Program-made: the position numbers and the translations under genes
Assembly: GCA_030770535.1 (NCBI GenBank)
Contig: JASVEC010000001.1
Span: 1,364,001-1,428,000, forward strand
DNA from: Batkoa obscura
Taxonomy: Eukaryota
Length of the DNA stretch: 64,000 nt
Direction of reading: 5' to 3'
Shown: piece by piece, positions 23,782-37,287 of the stretch
How positions within the stretch are numbered: the first letter of the stretch is position 1
Layout: the number at the start of each line of letters is the position of its first letter
Notes under the pieces: model-generated
What the model saw: the letters and a program-made list of their open reading frames with translations, nothing else
The model's database searches: none
Told to the model about the DNA's origin: nothing

Positions 23782-26482
23782 ATGAGTTACATACCTACCA
23801 TTGACCCAGGCCTTCAAGATAGACTTAGAAGAGAATCTGAGAAAACATTACGAATAGATCTTCTCTTAGATAAGAAAAACAACTTTATGAATATGTTGAC
23901 CGCTTTGAAGGATAAAAAGTTGCCAGACAATAACCAAATCAATGGATTGATCACCAATGTAACTGAAAATTTAGAGTGGAGAACTATTAAGCCAAGTAAA
24001 ACCACTTCTAAGATACTCCATGACACCAAATCATTAGTTGATGAATCCAAAGTTTATTTTATTGAAAGAAACAATGGAGATTTAGTCCAACAATTTATTA
24101 CCCATTTAATATATGGTAGGAAACAAACAACAGGTAATAGTTACCTTTCTTATTAGTTTATTCTAAATTTTTTTATAGCTTTAAGAATGAAGGCTGATAA
24201 TATTAAGAATCTTAAAAACCCTTCGTATAAGCTTTATAAAAGTTTGATCGATTTATTCAAACTATCATTATCATCAAGTAAGCTCCGTCGCCTATTGGAG
24301 GAGATCTACAATGTATCAAAAGAAAACATTGACAAGTTGTTACCCGAAGACACTAAACTACCTTCCTTATCTAAAACAAAAGAGATAACGGAAGCGCCAA
24401 AGTCTATTTCAAAGAAGAATGACAATTTAAACGACTCCCCCACTATTAAGCCCTATGTGCCTCATTTGGAAACAGCCCCCAATAAAGAAAAAGGGTTCGA
24501 AGTTCCTATAACTACAAGAGAATCCGCAGAGTCTGAATCATCAAAATCCACTTCGAAAGTAAGTGGAAGCTTAGATAATCTTCCTAATATTAAGCTAGAT
24601 ATGTCTCGCCCTGAAATAATTCCTATTAAACAAAAAGGCATCGAAGTTCCTATAACTACAGGAGAATCCGCAGAGCCTGAATCACCAAAATCAAGAACCG
24701 AAGGCCAGAAAGTTGAGCTTCCTTCCAATAAAGAAGAGCTTAAAGAGAAGGCAGTGGATATTGTAGAAAATTTAGGAAATATTGTGATCGGAAAAGGAAT
24801 TGAAGTTACAAAACCTCTAATCCATGATATAGAAAAGTCTGATAAAAAACCAACAAAGGTTATAAAAGGAAAGTTACAAGAAGCAAAAAAGGATTTGAGC
24901 GGTATTCGAAAGAATATTGGGTCAATTAAATTGACCGAAAACCAAAAAGATAGATTAATCTCTAGATTTTATGATTTTATGAGAGAGTTACAAAGTAACC
25001 CAAAATACCATAAGAATCTAGATTTCATTATTTCTGTTTGTAACCAAGTACAAAAAAATATGGCGGAAATTGGCCCTACTACTTATCATATTTTGGATGA
25101 GAGCAACCTAAATAATGACGAAATAATGATGGCCTTAAAAGAGGCAAAAAAGGCAATTGGGAAATTTTTAGGAGACCAGAGTATGACTCCGTTAATCCGC
25201 TCAGTCGAGAAATTATATATTTCTGTAATTAATGATCGTGAAATGAGAGAGATATTTTTAAAGCTGAATCAAGATATCATTGATTTTTTTAAGAAACCAG
25301 ACTATTTAAAAAAAGATGAAGCGAAGAAAGTGTTTAGAAATGATTTCAGTTTAATAAAGACCCATTTACAAGAGAATTATAAAGAAAAATCCGATCTAGT
25401 CGCATCCAAATGGCAAATGTTTGTAGAAAATATAACCAAAGATAAAAAACTCAGATCTATTGCGAGAAAATATAGAATATTATATTATGACTTTTTCAAG
25501 AAGAAAGGAGGAAAAATCCAAAGTTCGAAGGTCATCTTAAGTTTGTTAAAAGACGCATCCAAGCTTAGTTTAAAGAAAGTATCAAATTATGAATATATAA
25601 GAATTCCAAGGATTGAGTCGTAAAACTTATATTTTATTAATTACCAATTACTTATTGTTATAGGAAAGTTAATTCGGATCAATTCATCGTTGATAACATT
25701 GTTTTGAGAAGAGAGAATTTAATGAATGCTAGTTTAGTATTAAAAAACACTTCTAAACTCGATGGTCAATACAAATTAGTTTCGGATGCTATAGTAATTA
25801 AAATGTAAATATTGTTATTTATAATTATATTTTACTAAACTTAAATAGTCAGAATTTAAATATCGAAGCACGAAGCGTTGCTTATTTCATTAAAAAATCT
25901 ATTGGATTTTTTAAGTTTCAAGACGTAAGTTGTTAATGACAAACAATCATAGTAATTCACTTTTATAGGATGGCTTTGTTGATATTAGTACCACTAAAGG
26001 GAAAGGGATTATTATCAATGTAGTTATATCATTCCCGAATATATCATTAAGCAATGCTGTATCACAATCTACTTCTCTAGAAAATAAAATTCATGTTGCA
26101 GGTTGTAAAGTGAAGATAGATGGAATGGAAATGAAATTCCATCATAACAAGCATGGGTAATATACTTGTATATTATATGTTGGGGTAACTAATTTGAATA
26201 GAATTTTAATGAAACTTTTACCTCCTATTGTTTTTCCAATGATTAAATCACAGATTGAAAAGAAAATCTCAGAAGAAATTAAAGTAATTTTAAAAGCAGA
26301 TGAAATAAAAAATATTAATTATTCATAGAAAACCATTGAAGAGGTACTTGAGAAAACCATGTCGGGCTTTAAAAAGGTATATACAAAGAGTATATAGTCT
26401 ATCATACTAATTGTTTTAGGTCTCAGAACAAGCCATTGAAACAGCTATTGAAAATTGGAGAAGTGAACTATTTGCAATTTAA
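23782..26482 (+). CDS. Uncharacterised fungal DUF4449/HAM1-like protein with probable BPI/TULIP-like C-terminus, multi-exon
   Basis: KLPDNNQINGLI, YIRIPRIES...FIVDNIVL and terminal WRSELFAI*; joinable GT-AG introns. Confidence 0.65.
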
Positions 26483-27188
26483 GATTATAATAAATTGTAT
26501 CTTTGTGCTATTTAATGCTTAATAAATAAAAACAGCTTCAGTATATTACAATGATCTATTTTAAGTAAAATAGTAGTACGTATATGAACATATCATAATT
26601 GATTTTATTTTATTATTTAATGTTCAAATTAATTTTATTTTTTACATTTTCAAATAGTAGCTTAATTTATTTTTTAATAAAGTAATAGTTTAAAAATGAA
26701 ACTAAGACCTATACAGAATTGATAATAAATTATATGTATAAAACTATGAAAATGTTTAAACGTATATGCTTGATTCAAATGATAGCTATAATTATAAATT
26801 TAATTTTACTATTTTATTTATTATATGACTATAAATCAAGAGGTATAAACTTAAATGATTGGTCAAATACCGTCAACTTTTTTGAAAATCGACATTTTTC
26901 TATACAAATAGAATTTTATGTATTGACAAATTAAGTAGCAGAAAATCTCTCCTTTTTACCTACCGATTGACCGGATATAAGTGAGGTAAAGCAAGTACTA
27001 AGTAGAAGCAAAAGATAAAGGAAGATAAGGAAAGTGATACATCCATCAAAGTATTAACTAGAGTATTCGAAGAACTAAAAAGATATAAAAAAAACAAAAG
27101 GAGATTTTGAAATTCCAACTATTAATTTGCTTCAACTTAAATAATATGATGTTTAGTTCAAATATTAAAATATACATAACTTTTAGTC

Positions 27189-27644
27189 ATGGTTACCGCT
27201 CTTAACAAAACCAAAATAGTAAAGAAACACCCAAAAGCTTTCAACAGACATCAATCTGATCGTTATGCTAAAGTCAAGGTAAATTAAAAAGAGCTCAAAG
27301 TAATAATGTATATGTTTTGATTAAATAAATTATAGACCTCATGGAGAAAGCCAAAGGGTATTGATAACAGAGTCCGTCGTCGTTTTAAGGGACAAATTGC
27401 TATGCCAAAGATTGGTTATGGTTCCAACAAATCTACTCGTTTCTGCAACAAAGATGGATTCAAATCTTTCTTAATCCGTGACCCTAAAGATATTGAACTT
27501 CTCCTTATGCACAACCAAGTTTATGCTGGAGTTATCGCTCATAACATCTCTGCTAAAAAACGTGTTGGTATCGTTGAACGTGCTAAGCAATTAAACGTTA
27601 AACTTTTAAATGCCGCTGCTCGTCTCCGTACTGAAGAAAAATAA
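27189..27644 (+). CDS. RPL32: 60S ribosomal protein L32 (eL32); intron 27279-27335
   Basis: [30 protein letters not shown] / [30 protein letters not shown]. Confidence 0.97.
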
Positions 27645-28990
27645 ATTTATGAATAAAATCTATCTGAGTAATATTTATAATAAGGTAAATATATAGTATT
27701 ATTTTGTACTAACGTTGATAGTATATTTATTGGGCTATATTTTTAAATTCTTCTATATTAACTTTTGTGTAGAGGTTTTGTTCAAACTAAAAAGGAGCTT
27801 TTTTTTATAAGAATGAGAATATTTCAACCAATGTATTGATTTTGAAGGAAATAAGAGGACATGATCAGCATTAGCATTTACAAAGAGAATAGAAATATCG
27901 AATAAATTAACCAATAGAGAATATATAATAATGGCGTTGGAGTATAGGATATTTTTACACTTAGAACAGCATATTTTAGTTGACATATTTAAAGAGCACG
28001 TAAGAAAATACATTATGATATTTAGTATCTTATGATAAAGTTTAGTTTTATATTAAAAAAATCAAGTGTATTATAAAGATTAATAATGATATCATACAAA
28101 CTTTAATTTAAATCAATGAAACAATATTTGAAGGATATAATATTTTTAATAAACAAATCTAAAATTATAATATTAAAATAACAAATTAATTTTTGTTGTT
28201 ACAAATAAACCCGGATTTTATAATTTTATAACTTAATTTTTGCTATAGTCTAAAGTTTTATGATCATTGAACTAAAATTCAGTAATCATCTCGCAGTATT
28301 ATCTTATTAATTATTATCCTATTAATTAATTTTTTTATTGATAAGCGCCAATATGATTGAAAAATAATAGATAATACATATTATATAAGTTATAAAAATT
28401 ATAAATAAATTTGGTGATTTATTATAGTTGATGTTTAACAGTGTTATTCAAAAATCCGAAATAGCATTAATATTAGTGAGCAGAAAATCTTATTACTTTG
28501 AACTTTTTGATTTTGAAGTAACGTTAGCTGGTATAAACGAATAATTCCCCAGTTAAAAACGCAAATTGGATTAAAAATTGTAGTTAACTTTTTAAAAATT
28601 AATAACTTTACGTCAATTTTGTAAGCTTTAAACCCTAATCCTAACCCTAACCTCAATATTAGATTTAATTAGTATGTTTAATAAAAGAAACAATATTTTG
28701 TTATAAAAATTTAAAGGATCAAACTTTATCAATAAAAGATTCCTAAAATTATAGCATGTTAATATCAATATTTAACATTATTATCAATAGTAGTTCTTTG
28801 TTATGTTGTATTATGTTATGTTATTTAAATGACATCTAGAAAATCTATTCGATTTAACACCCATTTAAAATGAATGTTTATTTTAAATATAAGGCTTTCT
28901 AAATAAACTACAATAAAAAATAATAAAAAGTACTGGTAAAATTATAATGCACAAATTTAATATAAGAAGACAGATAAACTAAAGGAACTT

Positions 28991-29627
28991 TTAGATTTTC
29001 ATTAACCATTGTCGTTTCTTTGCTTCTTTCTTTTCCTTTTTCTTTCTTTGTAATACTTTAATTTGCCTTTTGGTAAATTCCACCTGTTTATTGATACCAT
29101 AGTAATTTAAATATTTTGCTTCTTCGCCACGTTGTTCTACATAATTCCCATAATCAAAAAAAGCTTGACATTGTCTCTTTGCTCTATCTGCTGAATCGAG
29201 ATGTTTTGGATTAATAGTATTTAATTTACAATATTCCCCATCTTTTACTTCCGAGTATTGCATATTGATACTATCGCCGAATTTTACATTTGAATAATCA
29301 TATTCTTTTTCCATAAAATGACAATACTCCACATGATCAGTATAAAGCCTAACTAAATAAATAATTATAAATAATGAATGAATATACTTACTTTTTATTT
29401 TGAGATTTGTTCATTTGTGGGTCATTAATATAGTTTGATAGTAAAGGATAGGTATAAGTTGATCTATTTGTAACTTTGTTCCAATAATAATAACATTGTC
29501 TATTATTATCCCAAAATGTTTTCCAATTTTTTTCATTTAAATCATGTTTACTATCACATTTATCACTATCATTATTCAATGCTCTTTCAATTTTAATTGC
29601 TTTTCTTTTTTTTGAACTTTTACCCAT
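28991..29627 (-). CDS. Small WW-domain protein with basic C-terminus, 2 exons
   Basis: WKTFWDNNRQCYYYWNKVTNRSTYTYP (WW-like); RAKRQCQAFFDY and Lys-rich tail. Confidence 0.75.
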
Positions 29628-29759
29628 CTTAAATTATTATGATAACATTATACTTCAGTTTTATAATTTTATAATAAATGCATTTTTAAAGTCATTTTTA
29701 AAATACATTATAAAAAATAAAAGCTAATTGTATTATTTTTATTTCATCATTAAAGTAGT

Positions 29760-31169
29760 TTAAAGTTTACTTTTGTTTTTAATCGAACCATCCTTATTTA
29801 TAGAAGCAAGTAGTAGCTTGATTGTATATTTAGCTGATCCCCAACTACTTTGATAACCTAATAATTAAATAAAATAAATAAGTTAATAAATAAATTAAAA
29901 TAAATAAAGTATATATATATAAAGTATATAGAGTATATAAATTATATAATTAATTACCAAAACCACCATGTCCATATTGATGACATAAAATCAAATTTTT
30001 TCTATCTGGTAAGTTAATATATTCCACTTCAGAACGTACTCCACCTTTTCTTGTTGGCCTAAAACCTACGTTATGACTAATAATTTTACAAGGTCCTAAA
30101 CCACCTGATAGTTTTTGACATCTTTTTAATATATCTTCAGCTATATCTTCGTCAGGTTGTACTTTACTATAATAAAAGTATAAATTTAAACATATAAATA
30201 AATTGAAATTATTTACTAATTATGTTCTTGTTGTGTTCCACCTAAAATTACAGTACCATCACCTTTAGGAATGATATAAGTAACTCCTCCTTTATCTAAA
30301 TAAAATATTAAACTTAAAATAAATATAAATATAAATAAATTTACATAAACCAGTGGAAGTATAATCGACTTCTGGAGCATGTACTAGAATAGTTTGACCA
30401 CGCGTTGGGAAAATATCAGGATCTTTGACACCATCCATAGTACGTGCACCAAGACCACAACAATTTATAACAATATTTGTTGGAAAAGATGATATACTAT
30501 AAGCATCTTTTATATGATTCATATGTAATTTAATATCAATTAAGCCAAGTTTCTTTCCTTCATTAAATAGCCATTTTAAATATTCCATTGAATGTATACA
30601 AACTAAGATATTATTAATAATAAAATATATTAATTAAAAGTTTTACCTGCATCATAAGATAATCCAAAGGAATAACCTTCTGGAAGATGTTCTTTTGGTA
30701 TTTCTGAATACTGTTAAATAATTTCATATTTAACTTATTTAATTATGATACAATTATTATTAAACACTTACGTTTTGAGCAAAATTTTTAAACCAGGGAT
30801 GTTTTAAATCAGAACCCTCCTTTTCATGATATTCATAATTAGGCACAACTTTGATAATATCTTTTAATTCCCCTTTAGCTAATTTCATTAATTCATTATA
30901 AGTTATTTTATCATATTCTATCAAATTTGTTAATTATGTTTAATAAATCATAGAAATTAAATATTACCAATATGTCTAAGATCATCATTGTTAGCATAAC
31001 TTCTCCAATGAGCACCAGCCCAAGGACTTGTATAATCGGCATGATATTCACCTGGGAAATGATCAGCAACAACAGCAACTTTATAACCTAATCTTAATAA
31101 TTCTAAAGCGGTTGTTAAACCAATTACACCAGCACCTAATACTACTATATTTTGAGTAAATGTAGTCAT
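29760..31169 (-). CDS. DAO1: D-amino-acid oxidase, peroxisomal, multi-exon
   Basis: VVLGAGVIG, YTSPWAGAHW, PTRGQT, VGFRPTR, HQYGHGG..GYQSSWG; ends KSKL* (PTS1). Confidence 0.93.
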
Positions 31170-31909
31170 TGTTTTAAATAAAAAATCGTAAAAAAAAAGA
31201 TAAAGATAAATGTAAAAAAAAAGACAGAACATAACGGTATTTATGCTTTTTCATTCCATGTTTCGTTTTACACAGATGGTTTGGTTTACGCCTTTGACTA
31301 AATTTAGTAGCTTAATATTTGCCTTATGATATATGTTACTGGAATGCATAATTGTATAAAATAATCAAATTAAAGCGACAGGAAATATTATATTAAAAAT
31401 AAAACTATAATATGATAGCTTTTTACTAAAAATATAAAATTATTAATATAAAATAGAATTACAAATAAGGTTAAAAACAAGATTATAAATAATTCGTAAC
31501 AATACTTTATAGTAACGTCTTAGTACAAAAGTATAATATAATATTATTCTTTAGTATTTTAGTAGTAATAAAGATCTAGTATATTAAAATATTATTTTTT
31601 ATTTATTTGTTTTGACTTATTAAATTAACCATCAGGTGATAAAATACAATAACATTAGTGAGATAAAAATAATGAGTCAAATCAAATGATATTTTTATAG
31701 GAATTTTTTAATAAGTAAAGTGAACCTTAGCATAGATCTACTTCATCTTATCTTCAATTTTAATTATTTTATTTTATTTTATTTTATTGATTTATAAATT
31801 ATCATTTAATAACATTATTTTATCTACTTTAAAATAAAGTATTACAAATTATACTGATAAATAGATAAATTTAAACCCAAAGTTCAATTTATTTCCAAAT
31901 TAAACTTTA

Positions 31910-32043
31910 TTGAAAAAATAAAAAATAAAAAATAAAAAATAATAAATAATAAATAAAAAATAAAAAATAATAAATAAAAAATAATAAATAATAAATAATA
32001 AATAATAAATAATAAATAATAAATAATAAAAATTAAATAAATA
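31910..32043. repeat. A-rich degenerate 7-bp microsatellite (AATAAAT/AATAAAA)
   Basis: Directly visible tandem units. Confidence 0.8.
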
Positions 32044-32650
32044 ATATGTTTTTTTAATGAAGAAACTGAGAGCTATTCTATCTTTTAACAACCTGAAAAT
32101 AAAAAATATGTTTCTTAATTCTTTTCTTGATTCCTCATCTGGTTGTTCAAACCTTATAAGTTTAATCTGAATTAAAACAGGAAAGTATTATTTCCAATTT
32201 TAATCTGACTTTTAAAATTACATAATTCTATATTTTATTTGTTTAATGAATAGTGTTATTTTATCAACATACAAGTATCTCTTGTTTCTCAGTATTTAAC
32301 TAGTATATGAAAATCTATTTTTTTGCTTATCTATTTTATAAATAACTTCAATTTTATGTTGCATAAAAAAATGGTCAAGGAAAAATTGACTCCCACATCT
32401 TGAAACAAAACTTATTATTTCAATAATAGCAATTTATTTTTATTATATCAAAATAACAATAATCATATAAGCACATTATTAAAATAAAAATAAAACGATT
32501 TTAAGCTATTAACTAAATAATTGAATAGTTTCAAATTGACTACTTTTAATTTTATTATATAATTAGAAAGTTTCTTATTCAATTCATTCTTTTGGTCCAC
32601 TAAAAATCAATGTCCATTAATTAAAATATTTATTATTATAATATTTATTA

Positions 32651-33118
32651 TTACTCTCCACCTGGAACTAACTAAAAAGAATAAATAAAATTAATAACAA
32701 ATAATATTATGAATTCTATTTTATACTTACCATACACACGTTGGTACCATTTAATAAAATATGAGGTAAACTATTTTTTTGAATACCTTGAGGGGTAAAC
32801 TCACTATAAATCAATCAATCAAAAGATTTAAATAAAATGAATTTCCTTCTTACAATTCAGTAACATCTTCTAATACCATATCTAATTAAAAGATTTCCAT
32901 TAACCTAAAATAATTAGAAAATGATAGAAATTTTTACTAACATAATCATCAAAGCCGGTTAATACACCAGTAAACTCTTTATCATTTTTCATTAATACCC
33001 ATATTTTAGAACCAATACATTTATCAATAATTTCTATTTAAAAAAAAATGGTGCATATTAAATTAATTTTATTAAACAAAATACTATTATTACCTAAAGG
33101 TAACACTTGGGAAGCCAT
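32651..33118 (-). CDS. LSM5: U6 snRNA-associated Sm-like protein LSm5, 5 exons
   Basis: [49 protein letters not shown]...[16 protein letters not shown]; missed by the ORF track. Confidence 0.95.
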
Positions 33119-33243
33119 TTTAGATTCAAAAAAGTTTAAAAAATTCAAAAATATTCAAAAATGAAGTTTTAAAATTAGGTTGCAAAAGTTTGCAAATCAA
33201 GAAATTCAAAAATGATGTAGAATTTTATTTATTTTTGAAATTA

Positions 33244-34307
33244 TTAATCTAAATCGTCATTTGAAGAACTCATTTTATCATAAAGTTTAAATGCATCAAC
33301 AATAGATTCCTAAAAAAACAATAAAGTGAAATTAACTTAACTAATATATATATACATGTATATAACTCACTTCACTTCGATCCCAAAAAGTCAATTTAGC
33401 CCCACGAAACCTCGATTTAATATCTGGTAATCTTTGAATTTCTTTACCATGATGAAATAGAATTAAAGTGGGTATTTGTAAAGAAGTAGCTGAATTATCT
33501 ATTTTATATTTTTTACTATATTCTTCTTCATTTTCTTCTAAATTAATTCGACCTAAATTATATTATTAATTAATATGATTATTCATTTTTTATTAATAAT
33601 TTAGTATTACCGAATTTAACTTTGTCATTAGTATATCTAAAAATTAGTTTTAATATTATCAAATCTTTTTTTATTAAATAATAATTTACTTTAATGATAC
33701 ACTAGCAAGTACAGGTTGCATATTAATACATCTAGGTGACCAATCCATTTCTAAACAAAGAACAATATATTCAGTACTATCAATAAACTCATCCAATGTA
33801 TCTTTTGTTAAAACTAAAGCCATACTAGGACCATAGTAATGGGGTTGAGGAATTAAAGAGAACAAAACTAAATAATTAGTATCAATATAAATTATAATAT
33901 ACTATATATAATCTTACTTAACATGACTAATAAATAAATTAAACCGAATAATTTTAAATTGAACAAATAAAATACAATTAAGTGAGCTAGTTTTAAATAT
34001 AAAAATAAAACTCCAAACATCTCTTCAAGACTAGTACTTTTTCGAAGTTTAATTATTAAAAATAAGGTAGTTATTCCATAAACTATTAAATTCTATAATA
34101 ATTAATAAAAATAAAAGTTATTTAATAATATTATTAAATCAATTAATTACTTACCCAATTATTATCATTATTCACAACATCGTTGATATCTCTTATGTAA
34201 GGTAAATAAAAAATTACAAAAGGTACTAAACTATAGAATAAATTGATCCAGTAGTATCTTTGATTTAATCGACAATAGATTATTTCATAAGATAATAATG
34301 GCTCCAT
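33244..34307 (-). CDS. TMX2: Thioredoxin-related transmembrane protein 2-like, multi-exon
   Basis: TM segments, PQPHYYGPS, WSPRC (SxxC site), SLQIPTLILFHHGKEIQRLP; missed by the ORF track. Confidence 0.8.
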
Positions 34308-34544
34308 TTTGGTGTTTTAATAATAATATGAAAATATTATTAATAGAAATAGAGAGTGATAGAATTTCCATTTCAAAGGTGTTTTTGCATGTTATATTTT
34401 TATTTCGATATTAGCAATATTTTTTTAATTTGCATAAGATAACGAAGCATTTTTCAAACCAATAAAACTTAGCCAATTTAAAGCCACTTTTGTATTCTTA
34501 TTTTAATTTTTTTATTATTTTAAAAAACATTATATAGTTTAACG

Positions 34545-35584
34545 ATGGGTAATTCAATCTAAGTATCAACAAAGAAGGTGAACTAAAGAATTAACTTAGG
34601 CGCTTTATTTTCCAAAATATTATCCGGTTTATTTGGTGAAAAAGAAGCGAGAATTTTAATCTTAGGTTTAGATGGGGCAGGTAAAACTACTATGCTTTAT
34701 CGATTACAAGTAAGTTTTATAAAAAAAAGACTTGGAATTCCTTTTTATGTATATTGGTATTGATGTTGATGTTTAGTTAGGTGAAGTGGTTTCTACTATT
34801 CCAAGTAAGTTATTTGAAATTTGAACTTTTGATTGAGGATTGATGTCATTTTTTTTAGCTATTGGGTTTAATGTGGAATCGGTGACTTATAAAAATGTGA
34901 ACTTTCAAGGTAATTGATTATTCAAATTATTTTATTTTATTTATTAATTGTTTTATTTTTTAGTTTGGGATTTAGGAGGTAAAACAACAATTGATTAAGT
35001 TTTAAAAAATTAGACTAAATTTTTGTTACGTTTAAAAAAAGGTCAAACAAGCATCAGGTAATATTTTGTAGTTTATATTAATAAAAATACTTATTTTTAG
35101 ACCTTACTGGCGTTGTTATTATGCAAACACGGATGCTGTAATCTATGTAGTAGATAGCTGTGATAAAGATCGTATTAGTACAAGTAAAGAAGAGTTATTA
35201 TCAATGTTAGAGGTAAACTTATTAATTTATTTTATTGTTTATATTAAACCAATTGAAATTAGGAAGAAGATTTACAAGATGCTGTATTACTTGTATTTGC
35301 TAACAAACAAGTAAGATTATATTTATAATTTATAATTTATAATTTATAATTACAACTTATAAAAAAATAAAGGATATGCAAGGTGCAATGACCTCAGCGG
35401 AGGTATCTGAAGCATTAGGATTATCGCATTTAAAAAATCGACAATGGGCTATCTTTAAGGCATCAGCGTTAAAAGGAGAAGGGTTAGAAGAAGGGTTAGA
35501 TTGGTAATTTTAAGTAATTTATTAAATGGAGTTTCTAATTAATTATTTAGGGTGGTAAATAAGCTTCAAAAAGGAAGAAATTAA
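34545..35584 (+). CDS. ARL1: ADP-ribosylation factor-like GTPase 1, 10 exons
   Basis: [66 protein letters not shown]. Confidence 0.95.
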
Positions 35585-35759
35585 TTTAACACAAAAGAAT
35601 TTATAAAATTCTAAAATCATTTCTATTCATTTTTTCTATTAAATAGTTTTTCATTTTCTTTTATTAGAAATAAATTGTTTTTTTAAATCAATTTAAAATA
35701 AATAAATAAAATAAAAATAAAAATAAAAATAAAATAGAGCAATAAATTAATGATATTTA

Positions 35760-37010
35760 TTAATTAATAATGAAAATACTCATCATACATGATAAAATAA
35801 TAAAAACATTTGCTGAATTCATTAAAGAAAATGAATTGCTATTGCCAGAATTGTTATCTTTACTACTATTACTTTTACTATTAGTATTGGAACTTTTATC
35901 CTTCTTATTACCATCTTGATCAAAGTATTTATATTCTGGATTACATTTGATTTCCAAATTTTCAATAGTAGCACTAAAATAACCTTTAGTTTTTATATCT
36001 TCAGAATCCCAATTAATGTCGCCACCAGCCCATTGTTTGGTCCCATCAGCCATTGAAGCACCATTCCATAAACTAAAATATACATTATTAATATTTATAC
36101 GTTAATTTTATAATATAAATACCCAAATTCAATCCTTGAAGGTGTAGAGGGGAAAGAAAATTTATCATTTTTAGCTGTATCTTTCTTTTCAAGTGTACGT
36201 ATTAATTGGTTATCAACATACCATCTAGTTAAAAAGTTAATATCAAAAAATTTAAATATTAATAAAATACACATACTTAATATAATTTGGAGTCCATTCA
36301 ATAGTATAAGTATGAGTATTTTGAGAAGTATCTGAAGAAACTTTGGATTTACCACCATTAACATAATCTGCTTGACTACGATAAAATACATTAGTTTGTA
36401 CTTCTTCCATCTCACTACCTACCCATTCAAAATCAATTTCATCTTTAACTTTAGACATTGTCTATATGTAAAAAATTAATTATTAATTATTAAAAAGATA
36501 ATGATTAATAAGACTTACAATGAGAGAAGTAACTACTCCACCAGTTCTACCAGTTTTTAATTGAGCTGTTAAATTACCATATAAAAAGTAAGCAGTGGAT
36601 ACCATTCTAGATCCACCTTTAGAACCCTTAATCATTTTAAGCATTAACCCGTCATTTGTTAATTCAGTTTGACCATCAGTAAAAAAATCTACTTGATCCA
36701 TATTAGCTTGTTTATTCAATTTAAATACAGCTAACTCTTGGATTCTATCCTTTTTATCTGGACTTATATTTTTAAATTCAAATTTTTGATCATTACACGT
36801 ATCTTCATTGAGACAGGAATCAGTACTGAATGAGTTGGCTGGTACACAGTCCAATGTACAGGCTACTGAATCCGAACCACAGAAACCTAACTCATTGCAG
36901 CACGGTGCTGACTCGGGACATTTTTGACCAGCCGTGCATCGAATTGATGCAGTTTGAGCAGTTATTATAGTCAAATTAATCACAGAGACTATTAATTGTT
37001 TGATATTCAT
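35760..37010 (-). CDS. GH16 Crh/Utr2-type chitin transglycosylase with N-terminal chitin-binding module and GPI-type tail
   Basis: CPESAPCCNELGFCG, catalytic DEIDFEW, FPSTPSRI, WAGGDINW, hydrophobic C-terminus. Confidence 0.92.
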
Positions 37011-37287
37011 ATTAATATTGTTATATTAGATTTTAATCTAGAAATACTAGCTTAAAATATTAGTTGGAATAATTTTTTTATAAAATTTTTCTTAAAGTGG
37101 TTTTATTCTTTAATAGATTGAATGTTTTAATTTGACACTTTTAAAAATTAATTTTGTGAGGTATTACTTCCATTTTGAGATTAATTAACACGTTTTTTTT
37201 TGAACATAAATGCCAGTGAATTTATATAAAATAAAAAATAAAAATTTTATATGAAATAAAAATAATAAATATTAACAATACAATTAT

